A stretch of 32,000 nucleotides of DNA from an uncultured bacterium (GCA_963699255.1 OY969425.1:990001-1022000), one strand, 5' to 3'. Shown: positions 14,715-23,397, counted from the stretch's first letter. Translations and numbers: made by a program. Notes: a model not told the origin generated them from the letters alone.

Positions 14715-15449
14715 ATGACGGTTGTTATGTCATTAGTCATTACAATATATGTACGCGAGGGCATCGTCATGGCCAGCGACAGCAGGCTGACCCTGAACGC
14801 CACGCAAAACCAGCCCGGCAGCCCTCAAATAGTGAATGTGGCGGTCGGACAAAGCGATACGGTATATAAAACTTTTTTGACCTCTAACAGGATCGGCATC
14901 TCAACTTTCGGCGCCGCGGATATCAAAGACGTACCGATCACCGGTTTTATGGAATCCTTCATAAACGACCACATCGCGCAAAAGAACGTAAGCCTTAACA
15001 ATGTGCCTCAGGAATTATTAAAATATTTCAGGAACATCTCCCCGGACCTCCAGATCGGCTTTCATGTAGCCGGCTATACATCGGCCAGCAACGTGCCGGA
15101 ACAAAGCGTCTGGGCGGTCGATGTTCACGGGAACGCTATCACCCGTCTTAATAAACCCGGGCAGCCCGGAGCATCCTGGGCGGGTGAAGCCGAGATACTG
15201 GCGAGGCTGATCAATCCGGTAAGGGTCGAGAACAGTCCAGGTAATTTTATCGATCTTCCTTTTGCCCAGATCCAGTTCGGATACTTTACCATACAGGATG
15301 CCGTTGATTTCGCCGTTTACGCGATAAGAACAACTATCGATTCTTTCAGGTTCCAACCCCGGCCCAAAACCGTCGGCGGGCCGATAGATATCCTGGTAAT
15401 AAGGCCGAACGAGGCTTTTTGGGTTCAGAGAAAAGAATTACACGCTTAG
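14715..15449 (+). CDS. proteasome beta-subunit-like Ntn hydrolase (Anbu/BPH/HslV-like), orphan
   Basis: The N-terminus M(TVVM)SLVITIYVREGIVMASDSRLT resembles HslV [22 protein letters not shown] and the Anbu-type ..GLVF.SDSRTNAG as I recall them. A downstream VYKTFL...IGISTFGAADI resembles the Lys33 / GxxG region. Start is either ATG 14715 (AAGGA 9 nt upstream) or in-frame ATG 14727, which the promoter geometry favours. Confidence 0.6.
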   Translation: MTVVMSLVITIYVREGIVMASDSRLTLNATQNQPGSPQIVNVAVGQSDTVYKTFLTSNRIGISTFGAADIKDVPITGFMESFINDHIAQKNVSLNNVPQELLKYFRNISPDLQIGFHVAGYTSASNVPEQSVWAVDVHGNAITRLNKPGQPGASWAGEAEILARLINPVRVENSPGNFIDLPFAQIQFGYFTIQDAVDFAVYAIRTTIDSFRFQPRPKTVGGPIDILVIRPNEAFWVQRKELHA

Positions 15450-15564
15450 ACAATATTTTTATGCTCCCTCGTCACAACTCCCTACAATTGTCGAATATCA
15501 CCACATCAATATAAGTCAATTAAACATAAAGCAATTGGAATAATAATTGCTTATCTCAATTTAC

Positions 15565-15951
15565 ATGTACATGAAACCCATTAAGAAAGTATTCGCAAGA
15601 CAGCTCAGAAGATACGAAACTAAAGCAGAAAAGATAATATGGAGACTTCTAAGAAATAGACGTTTTCAAGGGTTTAAATTCCGCCGACAGCATGTTGTAG
15701 AAGGTTTCGTAGCAGATTTTTGCTGTCATAAGCTCAAGTTTATTGTAGAAATTGATGGATGGGTTCATAAGAAGCAGAAAAGATATGACGAAATTCGGGA
15801 TATTATTTTGATGTCAAAAGGCTATTCAATTATCAGATTCAAGAATGAGGATGTCGTCGAAGATTTATCGAAAGTATGCCAAGATTTGGAGAACGCCCTC
15901 ACCCTAGCCCTCTCCCCGGGGGAGAGGAAAGCAAAACGAAAGCTATTCTGA
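15565..15951 (+). CDS. DUF559 / Vsr-like endonuclease domain protein
   Basis: ARQLRRYETKAEKIIWRLLRNRRFQGFKFRRQHVVEGFVADFCCHKLKFIVEIDGWVH...IIRFKNEDV is the DUF559 pattern (restriction-endonuclease-like fold). Start uncertain: TTG 15547, ATG 15565 or ATG 15571. Confidence 0.8.
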   Translation: MYMKPIKKVFARQLRRYETKAEKIIWRLLRNRRFQGFKFRRQHVVEGFVADFCCHKLKFIVEIDGWVHKKQKRYDEIRDIILMSKGYSIIRFKNEDVVEDLSKVCQDLENALTLALSPGERKAKRKLF

Positions 15952-15996
15952 AGCTCTAGTGGGTGAGGTACTTTTCTCATCTCACATCTCTCATCT

Positions 15997-17226
15997 CTAC
16001 TTTCCCTGATATACCGGGAACAAGATCCTTATATGTGAAACATCCTCCATCGCGGTATTCGCCCATCTCGGAAGCTGTTTGTTAAGCGACATGTGGTAAA
16101 CCGGCATCATTTCCCATCCTTCTTTACCTTTGTATTTGACCTCCACCAAAAATCTCTCGAGCAGCCGTTTTTCCCAATCAGGCTTTTCTATGTCATCTTC
16201 ACTATATCTTGGTTGAAGATAATACTTGAAAAACGGAGCCATTCCCTCAAAAGACTGATCGAGAGCGTTCAAGGGGCCTATCACCATCCACTGGGTGAGA
16301 GTGCGTGCCGTGATCATCTCCTTGCTCATCCCGTGGCCGGAGGGGATTATCTGGAACCCTCCGATCAGGCCGAGCGGGGAAGTGGCTATGCAAATTACCC
16401 CCGCGTGGTTCGCGCGTATTCGCCCGACATCGGCGTATTCGGAACCGAGGAACCTGCCAACTCCCTCTATCGGGCGCAGGACCTGTCCGATGTAACGCTG
16501 CTCCCCGTCAATATATTTGATGGTTATCAGCCCGCCGAACCTGTTCTCAAAAATGATCTCTTTCGGGTATCTCGCCGGCCTTTCGACATTGATCAAGATG
16601 ACATCCCCGATGCGGGGGATATATCCGGTCTTGAGCGGGTAAAGGTTCCCGCTTGAGTCGGAGGTGGACACCGTGTTGCCAACAAAAGGGGAATATCCTC
16701 CGCCGAATATGCCATGTCCTGCATTGATGTCCGTGTATATGGTGGCTTCCTGGCTTGTTCTCATTTTGGGATCGGCAGAGTAATCTTCTTTTGGAAGGAT
16801 GTTGAAGATAACGCCTTTATCATCGATCGAGTTGTAATCGGTCTTTATGTGGATGGCGTTCACGGCCGTAGCCGCAACGTCGCCGTCGTCGATCCACTTA
16901 GAAGCCGTATATCCCTGGTTGCTCACCATCTTAGCCGGAAGAATGACATGCCCGAGAGTTTTCCAGGTCTGGCCCTTATTTTCACTGACCTCGATCGATC
17001 CCCCTGCGGCGTTGGATATCCTGATCCTGTACATTTCCATCATCATGGGCCTGTTCTCCGGAGCTATTGATTCTGAGGTCCCGATAGTTTGGAGAGAAGA
17101 ATATGATTTACCCGCAAAAAACACTAAACCTGCGACTAAAGTCGCGGTTAAAGTCAAAATTATCCGAGACTTTACCCCAACACGTTGGTTGGGGTTTAGT
17201 TTCGGGGCATTTTTTTCATGTGGCAT
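15997..17226 (-). CDS. hypothetical protein with one Asp-box (BNR) motif
   Basis: Long ORF with codon usage like its neighbours. It has a SENKGQTW Asp-box (16963-16986). The first ~36 codons are translated from palindromic repeats at 17127-17205. An alternative start is the ATG triplet at 17046-17038 (MMMEMYRIR). Confidence 0.55.
   Translation of the reverse strand: MPHEKNAPKLNPNQRVGVKSRIILTLTATLVAGLVFFAGKSYSSLQTIGTSESIAPENRPMMMEMYRIRISNAAGGSIEVSENKGQTWKTLGHVILPAKMVSNQGYTASKWIDDGDVAATAVNAIHIKTDYNSIDDKGVIFNILPKEDYSADPKMRTSQEATIYTDINAGHGIFGGGYSPFVGNTVSTSDSSGNLYPLKTGYIPRIGDVILINVERPARYPKEIIFENRFGGLITIKYIDGEQRYIGQVLRPIEGVGRFLGSEYADVGRIRANHAGVICIATSPLGLIGGFQIIPSGHGMSKEMITARTLTQWMVIGPLNALDQSFEGMAPFFKYYLQPRYSEDDIEKPDWEKRLLERFLVEVKYKGKEGWEMMPVYHMSLNKQLPRWANTAMEDVSHIRILFPVYQGK
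17127..17205. repeat. element A (AACCTGCGACT-AA-AGTCGCGGTT) followed by element C split by a nested element B
   Basis: A occupies 17127-17149. CCGAGACT at 17164-17171 pairs with AGTTTCGG at 17198-17205. Between them, ACCCCAAC at 17174-17181 pairs with GTTGGGGT at 17188-17195. Confidence 0.75.
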
Positions 17227-17229
17227 CGG

Positions 17230-18729
17230 TCACAAGTTCTTGAAAAAATCAGCGAGAAGTCTTACGCCGAACCCCGTAGCACCGTTGCTGTTATACCCTG
17301 ATCCCTTTTCAAGATAAGCAGTGCCGGCGATATCTATGTGCGCCCAGGGAGTATCCTCCACGAACTTTTGAAGGAATATCCCCCCCACCGACGCGCTCGC
17401 TTTGCCTCCGCTCTCGGTGCAATTCATGATATCCGCGACATCGCTTTTCAGGTATTCCTTGTATTCCTCGTAAAGCGGAAGCCTCCAAAGTTTTTCGCCT
17501 GTCGTTTTAGAGGACCCTATGAGCTTCCCTACCAATTCATCGTCATTGCCCATTACCCCCGCAGCAGCATCACCCAGGGCGACCCGGCAGCCGCCGGTAA
17601 GTGTGGCTATGTCTATCAGTTTTTTTGCCCCGAGTTCCTTCGCGTACGCGATCGCATCGGCAAGTATCAATCTTCCTTCGGCATCCGTGGAGATGACCTC
17701 TATTGTCTTTCCGGACATGGAACCTATAACGTCCCCCGGCTTGTAAGCGTTCCCGCCAGGCATGTTCTCTGTCACCGGGATAACGGCGATCACGTTCACT
17801 TTCAGTTTAAGCCCGGATATGACTCTCATTACTTCTATTACGGTAGCGGCACCCGCCATGTCGGTCTTCATTTCAGCTAACTTAGAGGAAGGTTTAAGGG
17901 ATATCCCGCCGCTGTCGAAAGTTATACCCTTTCCGATCAATCCATAAGTTTCACTTTTCGCGCCGCCGCTGTATTTCAGGACTACAAGTTTTGGCTCTTC
18001 CTTTGATCCCCTTGATACGGAAAATAAGGCGTCCATGCCTTTTTTTATTATTTCATCCCTACCGAATACCTCGCAGGAGAGCTTCATTTCCTTTGCCATG
18101 GCTGCGGCATATTCCGCAAGATGGGTTGGAGTGTTCTTGTTAGAGGGGGAATTCACAAGGTCCCTTGCTTTGTTCGTGCTGTCCACAAGCACCTTTGCGA
18201 GTTCAACGCCGGGCTCTATCGACTTGATCTTTTCAGGGTCATAATCGACGATCACGAGCTCATCGACGACCGGTTCATCGTTTTCGATCTCGGTCTTAAA
18301 GCCCTTGAATTTGTATTCGCCAAGCAGCGACCCTTCCACAACAGATTGAGCAGCCCTCATAGGATCCAGGCCGCCGATCCCGGCTCCGTGTATGATGGTG
18401 GCGACCCTCTTTGCCCTGCATTTTTTTGCCGCTTTAATAGCGGCATCAGAAACTATCCTTACCTTGTCCAGATCAAAATCCCCGCTCTTGCCCAGCCCCA
18501 CGCAGATGACCTCATCCGCTTTTATCTTGCCGTATGTCTGGATCGGATACGTCGAGCCAAGCTTGCCGTTGATCGCCCCGCTGGCAAGAAGCTTCGATAT
18601 TTCTCCGCCCAGAGCTTTATCAACAGCGCCTGTCGCCCCGCCCGGATGCTTGACACCTTCAAATTCATTGACGATCAGGACATCGCACTTGCACTCGACC
18701 ACGGAAGCACATTCAAGTTTGATTTTCAT
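17230..18729 (-). CDS. pepA: leucyl aminopeptidase (M17 family)
   Basis: M17 signature NTDAEGRL-like STDAEGRLILADA, plus GKGITFDSGGISLKP. Start at ATG 18729 (MKIKLECAS), preceded by AAAGGA. The ORF-track extension to 18831 is read through palindromic repeats. Confidence 0.92.
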   Translation of the reverse strand: MKIKLECASVVECKCDVLIVNEFEGVKHPGGATGAVDKALGGEISKLLASGAINGKLGSTYPIQTYGKIKADEVICVGLGKSGDFDLDKVRIVSDAAIKAAKKCRAKRVATIIHGAGIGGLDPMRAAQSVVEGSLLGEYKFKGFKTEIENDEPVVDELVIVDYDPEKIKSIEPGVELAKVLVDSTNKARDLVNSPSNKNTPTHLAEYAAAMAKEMKLSCEVFGRDEIIKKGMDALFSVSRGSKEEPKLVVLKYSGGAKSETYGLIGKGITFDSGGISLKPSSKLAEMKTDMAGAATVIEVMRVISGLKLKVNVIAVIPVTENMPGGNAYKPGDVIGSMSGKTIEVISTDAEGRLILADAIAYAKELGAKKLIDIATLTGGCRVALGDAAAGVMGNDDELVGKLIGSSKTTGEKLWRLPLYEEYKEYLKSDVADIMNCTESGGKASASVGGIFLQKFVEDTPWAHIDIAGTAYLEKGSGYNSNGATGFGVRLLADFFKNL

Positions 18730-18753
18730 ATTGATCCTTTCACCTTCAATTCC

Positions 18754-18821
18754 GGAACCTGAGAGTAAAACTCTCGGTTCCTCTCTAATAAAAGGAACCG
18801 CGACTTTCAGTCGCAGGTTCC
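18754..18821. repeat. pair of short palindromic elements sharing a GGAACC/GGTTCC clamp (C-variant TGAGAGT..ACTCTCG; A: GCGACT-TTC-AGTCGC)
   Basis: 18754-18781 is ggaacctgagagtaaaactctcggttcc. 18794-18821 is ggaaccgcgactttcagtcgcaggttcc. Located between lemA and pepA, in the same C-then-A order as at 2259-2307. Confidence 0.75.
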
Positions 18822-18834
18822 AGGCTTCCACTAT

Positions 18835-19410
18835 CTAGAATTTCACCTTGGGAACTGCTTTTGCGGAAGGCGCGGCCTCAAAATACGGCTTCACCTTATC
18901 AAAACCGAATTTGTGAACAAAGAAAACCCCGGGGATCTTTTGCGCCGCGGTATTATACCTTTGAACGGATTCGTTATAACGCATCCTCTCGACCGCTATC
19001 CTGTTCTCCGTGCCGGCAAGTTCATCCTGAAGCCTTACAAAGTTCTCGCTGGCCTTTAAGTTCGGATAATTTTCCGCTATGGCTAGAAGTCTGGACAGAG
19101 CGGAATTCATCTCATTTGCCGCGACTATCTTATCCGCCTGCGACCCTATCTTTATTGCGCCGGCAAGCTTCGTGCGTGCCTCCGCGACCTGTATGAATAT
19201 GCTCTTTTCATGCTTCGCGTAGCCTTTCACGACCTCGACAAGGTTCGGTATAAGGTCATTCCTTCTCTGGAGCTGGTTCTCGACCTGCGCCCAGGATTGG
19301 ATCACGCTCTGATCGAGCCCGACAAAACTGTTATACATGCCGACAGTGATAAGTATCAGAACGATCAACACGCCGAGGACCCACACCCAAGGCTTATTCC
19401 ATTTTTCCAT
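18835..19410 (-). CDS. lemA: LemA family protein
   Basis: N-terminal TM helix, then SWAQVENQLQRRNDLIPNLVEVVKGYAKHE and YNTAAQKIPGVFF. GGAGG lies before ATG 19410. The ORF-track extension overlaps the Gly-rich tail of the upstream gene. Confidence 0.88.
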   Translation of the reverse strand: MEKWNKPWVWVLGVLIVLILITVGMYNSFVGLDQSVIQSWAQVENQLQRRNDLIPNLVEVVKGYAKHEKSIFIQVAEARTKLAGAIKIGSQADKIVAANEMNSALSRLLAIAENYPNLKASENFVRLQDELAGTENRIAVERMRYNESVQRYNTAAQKIPGVFFVHKFGFDKVKPYFEAAPSAKAVPKVKF

Positions 19411-19435
19411 ATTTATTCCTCCTCTAGAAGCTTCG

Positions 19436-20269
19436 TCAGAAGCTTCTTCCTGACCCTCCTCCGCCGCTTCGCCCTCCTCCAAATCCGCCGAATCCCCCTC
19501 CGCCGCCGAAACCTCCAAAGCCCCCTCCCCATCCGCCAAAACCGCCGTAATAGCCGCCCGTGGAAAAAAGGGCCCCTATCACGAACCCGAACAAAATACC
19601 GGCAACTCCGGCGACAAAAAATCCGACAACAGCCCCTATCAAACCGGAAACCAGAGCCCCTGTCAGCGTGCTGCCCAGGAACGCAATGATCCCGATCAAT
19701 ATTATAACAGAAAGAGCCAGCAAAACTGAATATATGTTCAGGTTGATCTGCTCAAGTTTTGACTGCGGCTTGTTCGAGTATTCCTTCATTATCCGGTCGT
19801 AAAACGCGAGGCTGGCCATGTACAATCCCCTGCCGTAGTTGCCATCTTTGAATTCGGAAAGGGCGTACTTATCGAGGACCTCGCCGGCGAAACCGTCGGT
19901 TATGACGCCTTCAAGGCCATAACCCACTTCAACTTCTACGCGGCGTTCTTTCTTGCTTTTCACCAGAAGTATGAGGAGCCCGTTGTCCTTTTCCTTCTTG
20001 CCTATTCCCCATTTTTCGAACAGCTGCGTCGCGTATGACTTTGAATCCAGAGGATATGTTGATTTTACGGTGACTACCGCCAGTTCAGCTCCGGTGTTCT
20101 CTTTCAGCTTGTCCGCAAGGACATCCAGTTTCGAGGAATTTGCCTGATCGATGACCTTTGCGAAATCATTCACGTATCCTGTGTAAGCGGGGAATTGGAT
20201 TTCCGCGCAGTAAGAGATGGTGGCCAGTGCCGCGATGAGCAGAAAGCTATTTAAGATCTTTTTCATCAA
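19436..20269 (-). CDS. TPM-domain protein (YgcG-like) with a TM segment and a Gly-rich tail
   Basis: Signal peptide, TPM-like YVNDFAKVIDQANSSKLDVLADKLKENTGAELAVVTV, C-terminal TM helices and a GGFGGWGGGFGGFGGGGGFGG tail. The pairing with lemA is common. Confidence 0.75.
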   Translation of the reverse strand: MMKKILNSFLLIAALATISYCAEIQFPAYTGYVNDFAKVIDQANSSKLDVLADKLKENTGAELAVVTVKSTYPLDSKSYATQLFEKWGIGKKEKDNGLLILLVKSKKERRVEVEVGYGLEGVITDGFAGEVLDKYALSEFKDGNYGRGLYMASLAFYDRIMKEYSNKPQSKLEQINLNIYSVLLALSVIILIGIIAFLGSTLTGALVSGLIGAVVGFFVAGVAGILFGFVIGALFSTGGYYGGFGGWGGGFGGFGGGGGFGGFGGGRSGGGGSGRSF

Positions 20270-20687
20270 AAAATATCGCTATTTCCTTTTTTGCGGATCC
20301 GGGTGAATCAGACCCGTGGCAGACATTCATCATCGTCCCGTCTTCTGTGAATAAAGGTTCGCCGATATTATCGCCCCTTATGGTGCCGGGAAGGGCCTGC
20401 CTGGGGTCGGTCGCTCCCATCATGCTCCTGATACGGGCTACCGCATCTTCTCCTTCAATAATGGACATTATCACAGGCCCCGAGGTGATGAACTTGATCA
20501 GCCCTTCATAAAAAGGCTTCCCTTTATGGACGGAATAAAGCTGCTCCGCCTGCTCCCGCGAGATGCCCACCCTTCGCTTTATCAATATCTTGAATCCCGA
20601 CTCAACGAGGTGCGAGAAGATAAGATTTGAAAGATATCTCTTTACTCCGTCGGGCTTCACCATGAAAAAAGTTCTTTCGACAGCCAT
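20247..20687 (-). CDS. ndk: nucleoside-diphosphate kinase
   Basis: ERTFFMVKPDGV and the active-site NVCHGSDSPGSAKKEI. Confidence 0.95.
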   Translation of the reverse strand: MAVERTFFMVKPDGVKRYLSNLIFSHLVESGFKILIKRRVGISREQAEQLYSVHKGKPFYEGLIKFITSGPVIMSIIEGEDAVARIRSMMGATDPRQALPGTIRGDNIGEPLFTEDGTMMNVCHGSDSPGSAKKEIAIFFDEKDLK

Positions 20688-20692
20688 ACCGG

Positions 20693-22063
20693 TTAAATCC
20701 TTTTTTTCGCGCTCTGTATGGCCCTGAGGACCTGTCTGGTCGCGGTCCCTCCGATCACATTGCGCGCTTCAATGCTTTTCTCGATCGTTATTGACCCGTA
20801 AACATCTTCATCGATCATGTTCGAAAATTTGCGGAACTCCCGCAGCGAAAGGGCATTGATATCCTTTTTTGACTTCTCGCAGTAAGCCACTATATTCCCC
20901 GCGGTTTCATGCGCCGCGCGGAAAGGCATGCCCTTCCCCACCAGGTAATCAGCCAGGTCCGTTGCGACGATAGTGTTCCTCACCGCGTTCTTCATCGCTT
21001 TCGCGTTTATCTTCACGCTCGACAACATCTCGGAAAATATGTTAAGCGATGCCTTAAGCGTATCTAAAGAGTTGAATAAAGGCTCCTTGTCTTCCTGAAG
21101 GTCCCTGTTGTATGTAAGAGAAAGCCCTTTCATTACCGTTAATATATTGAAAAGGTCGCCGTAGACCCTTCCTGTCTTGCCGCGCACCAGCTCCGCCACG
21201 TCCGGGTTCTTTTTTTGAGGCATAAGTGAACTGCCGGTGGTATACGCGTCCCCGATCTCGATGAACCCATAATCCGAGGACGACCAGAGGATAAGCTCCG
21301 AGCAGAACCGGGACAGATGCATCATCGCGAGCGACGTGCAGAAAAGCGCTTCCGCCACAAAATCGCGGTCCGATACGGCATCCAGGCTGTTCAGGGAGAT
21401 GTTCTTAAATCCCAGTGCTTTAGCCAGAGCGGCCCTGTCAACGGGGTACGCGCAGCCCGCCAGGGCGCCGGATCCCAGAGGCATTACGTCTATACGCTTC
21501 AGCGCATCGTTGAATCGCTCCCTGTCGCGCTGGAGCATCTCGAAATAAGCCATTACATAGTGGGAAAACAGTATCGGCTGGGCCTGCTGCATATGCGTGT
21601 AGCCAGGCATGATGACGGAGATGTTCTCTTGCGCTATCTTTATCAAGACTTTCTGGAGGACGGATAAATTATTCAATACCTCGCTAATATCTTTCTTCAG
21701 GTAAAGGCGCAGGTCGGTAGCGACCTGGTCATTACGGCTGCGTCCCGTATGGAGTTTCTTGCCCGTGTCACCGATCTTCTTTATCAGAAGGCTTTCAATG
21801 TTCATGTGGATGTCTTCGAGCTCTCCCTTTAACTTGAGCTTCCCATTTTCTATCCCGGCCAGGATGCCGCTAAGGCCCTTTATGATCCTGCCCGCTTCAG
21901 CCGACGTGATCACTTTTGCCCGCTTTAGGGCATTCGCCCAAGCGATGCTCCCCGCCACGTCTTCTTTATAAAGGCGCTTGTCAAAGTCGATGGATGAGGT
22001 GAACTTTTCCGCGCTCTTGCTCATCTCGCCCTTAAAGCGTCCCGACCAAAGCTTTTTAGCCAT
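20693..22063 (-). CDS. argH: argininosuccinate lyase
   Basis: Fumarate-lyase signature [17 protein letters not shown]-terminal LWSGRF, 456 aa. Confidence 0.95.
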   Translation of the reverse strand: MAKKLWSGRFKGEMSKSAEKFTSSIDFDKRLYKEDVAGSIAWANALKRAKVITSAEAGRIIKGLSGILAGIENGKLKLKGELEDIHMNIESLLIKKIGDTGKKLHTGRSRNDQVATDLRLYLKKDISEVLNNLSVLQKVLIKIAQENISVIMPGYTHMQQAQPILFSHYVMAYFEMLQRDRERFNDALKRIDVMPLGSGALAGCAYPVDRAALAKALGFKNISLNSLDAVSDRDFVAEALFCTSLAMMHLSRFCSELILWSSSDYGFIEIGDAYTTGSSLMPQKKNPDVAELVRGKTGRVYGDLFNILTVMKGLSLTYNRDLQEDKEPLFNSLDTLKASLNIFSEMLSSVKINAKAMKNAVRNTIVATDLADYLVGKGMPFRAAHETAGNIVAYCEKSKKDINALSLREFRKFSNMIDEDVYGSITIEKSIEARNVIGGTATRQVLRAIQSAKKRI

Positions 22064-23261
22064 TTTTATGCTTCCTTCCCCAAACCTTCATGGGCAGCCC
22101 GAACAGATTGATGAAGCCTTCTGCATCTTTCTGGTCGTAGACCTCCTCTTTTTCAAAGGTCGCCAGGTGCGGATCATACAGGGAATCAGGCGACTTTCGG
22201 CCGACCACCGAGCAGCTGCCTTTATAGAGCTTCAGCCGCACGGTGCCGTTCACGGACTTCTGGGTTTCATCGATGAACTTATCAAGGGACTCTTTCAGCG
22301 GAGAGAACCACTGGCCGTTATATATCATCTCGGCATATTTTATGGCGACCGCTTCCTTGTAATGCGCCGTGTCGCGCTCAAGCGTGATGGATTCGATGTC
22401 CTTATGGGCGGTCATCAGTATCGTCCCGCCGGGGGTTTCGTAAACTCCGCGTGATTTAATGCCGACAAGCCGGTTCTCCACGATATCGACGCGGCCGATC
22501 CCGTTCTTCCCTCCAATCTCGTTCAGTTTCGAGACCAGCGACACGCCGTCCATTTTCTTCCCGTCTAGAGCCACGGGAATGCCGGCTTCGAATGTTATCT
22601 CGACATAAGTAGATTTGTCAGGAGCTTTTTCGGGGGAAATGGAGAGCACGAACATGTCGTCTCCTGGCTCTTTCCAGGGATCCTCCAGGATGCCGCCTTC
22701 AAAGCTTATGTGCCACAGGTTGCGGTCAGATGAATAAGGCTTTTCCTTCGTTACCGGAACGCTGATCCCTTTTTTCTTCGCATATTCCATTTCTTCCTGA
22801 CGCGATTTTATATCCCACTCGCGCCATGGAGCTATTACCTTAAGCTCGGGAGCCAGCGCTTTATATGTAAGCTCAAAGCGGACCTGATCATTGCCTTTTC
22901 CGGTGGCGCCGTGGGCAACGGCATCCGCGCCCTCTTTTTTGGCGATCTCAACTTGCCGCTTCGCTATCAGCGGGCGCGCTATCGAGGTCCCCAGAAGATA
23001 CCGGCCTTCATATACGGCTCCCGCCTTTATCATCCTGAAAAGATAGTCCTCGACGAACTCCTTTTTAAGGTCTTCTATATAGACCTTTGAAGCCCCCGTT
23101 TTGCTCCCCTTTTCCTTAAGCCCTTCGAGCTCTTCCGCCTGGCCGACGTCAGCCGCCATGGCAACGACCTCGCAGCCGTACTTTTCCTTGATCCACGGTA
23201 TCATCACTGATGTATCAAGCCCACCCGAGTATGCCAGAACTACCTTCTTAATACTTTTCAT
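22056..23261 (-). CDS. argG: argininosuccinate synthase
   Basis: [12 protein letters not shown]-binding motif and [13 protein letters not shown]. Start at ATG 23261 ([14 protein letters not shown]). The ORF-track extension to 23300 runs into the AATTAACAA repeat arm. Confidence 0.95.
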   Translation of the reverse strand: MKSIKKVVLAYSGGLDTSVMIPWIKEKYGCEVVAMAADVGQAEELEGLKEKGSKTGASKVYIEDLKKEFVEDYLFRMIKAGAVYEGRYLLGTSIARPLIAKRQVEIAKKEGADAVAHGATGKGNDQVRFELTYKALAPELKVIAPWREWDIKSRQEEMEYAKKKGISVPVTKEKPYSSDRNLWHISFEGGILEDPWKEPGDDMFVLSISPEKAPDKSTYVEITFEAGIPVALDGKKMDGVSLVSKLNEIGGKNGIGRVDIVENRLVGIKSRGVYETPGGTILMTAHKDIESITLERDTAHYKEAVAIKYAEMIYNGQWFSPLKESLDKFIDETQKSVNGTVRLKLYKGSCSVVGRKSPDSLYDPHLATFEKEEVYDQKDAEGFINLFGLPMKVWGRKHKNG

Positions 23262-23276
23262 ATATTTTTCCTTTTT

Positions 23277-23392
23277 AATTAACAATTTCTCAATTAACAA
23301 TTAACAACAAGGAAAAATTACAATTAAATTACTAATATAAGTCGCCGAAGGCGACACCCTGTTGTTCATTGTGTCATTGTTAATTGTTAATT
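23277..23392. repeat. cargo-less long inverted repeat (AATTAACAA motif) with a central GC hairpin
   Basis: 23292-23308 aattaacaattaacaac matches the reverse complement of 23376-23392 (aattaacaattaacaat) at 16 of 17 positions. The central hairpin is GTCGCC-GAA-GGCGAC at 23341-23355. It fills the argF-argG junction. Confidence 0.7.
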
Positions 23393-23397
23393 TATTT

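Larger units (their letters stand above)
14634..15993. mobile_element. inverted-repeat-bounded 1.36 kb island carrying the two plus-strand genes (proteasome-like, DUF559)
   Basis: 14635-14646 tgagagatgtga is a perfect 12-bp reverse complement of 15982-15993 tcacatctctca. Both lie in GAGA/TCTC low-complexity arms. These are the only plus-strand genes inside a ~27 kb minus-strand array. Mobility is inferred. Confidence 0.45.
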
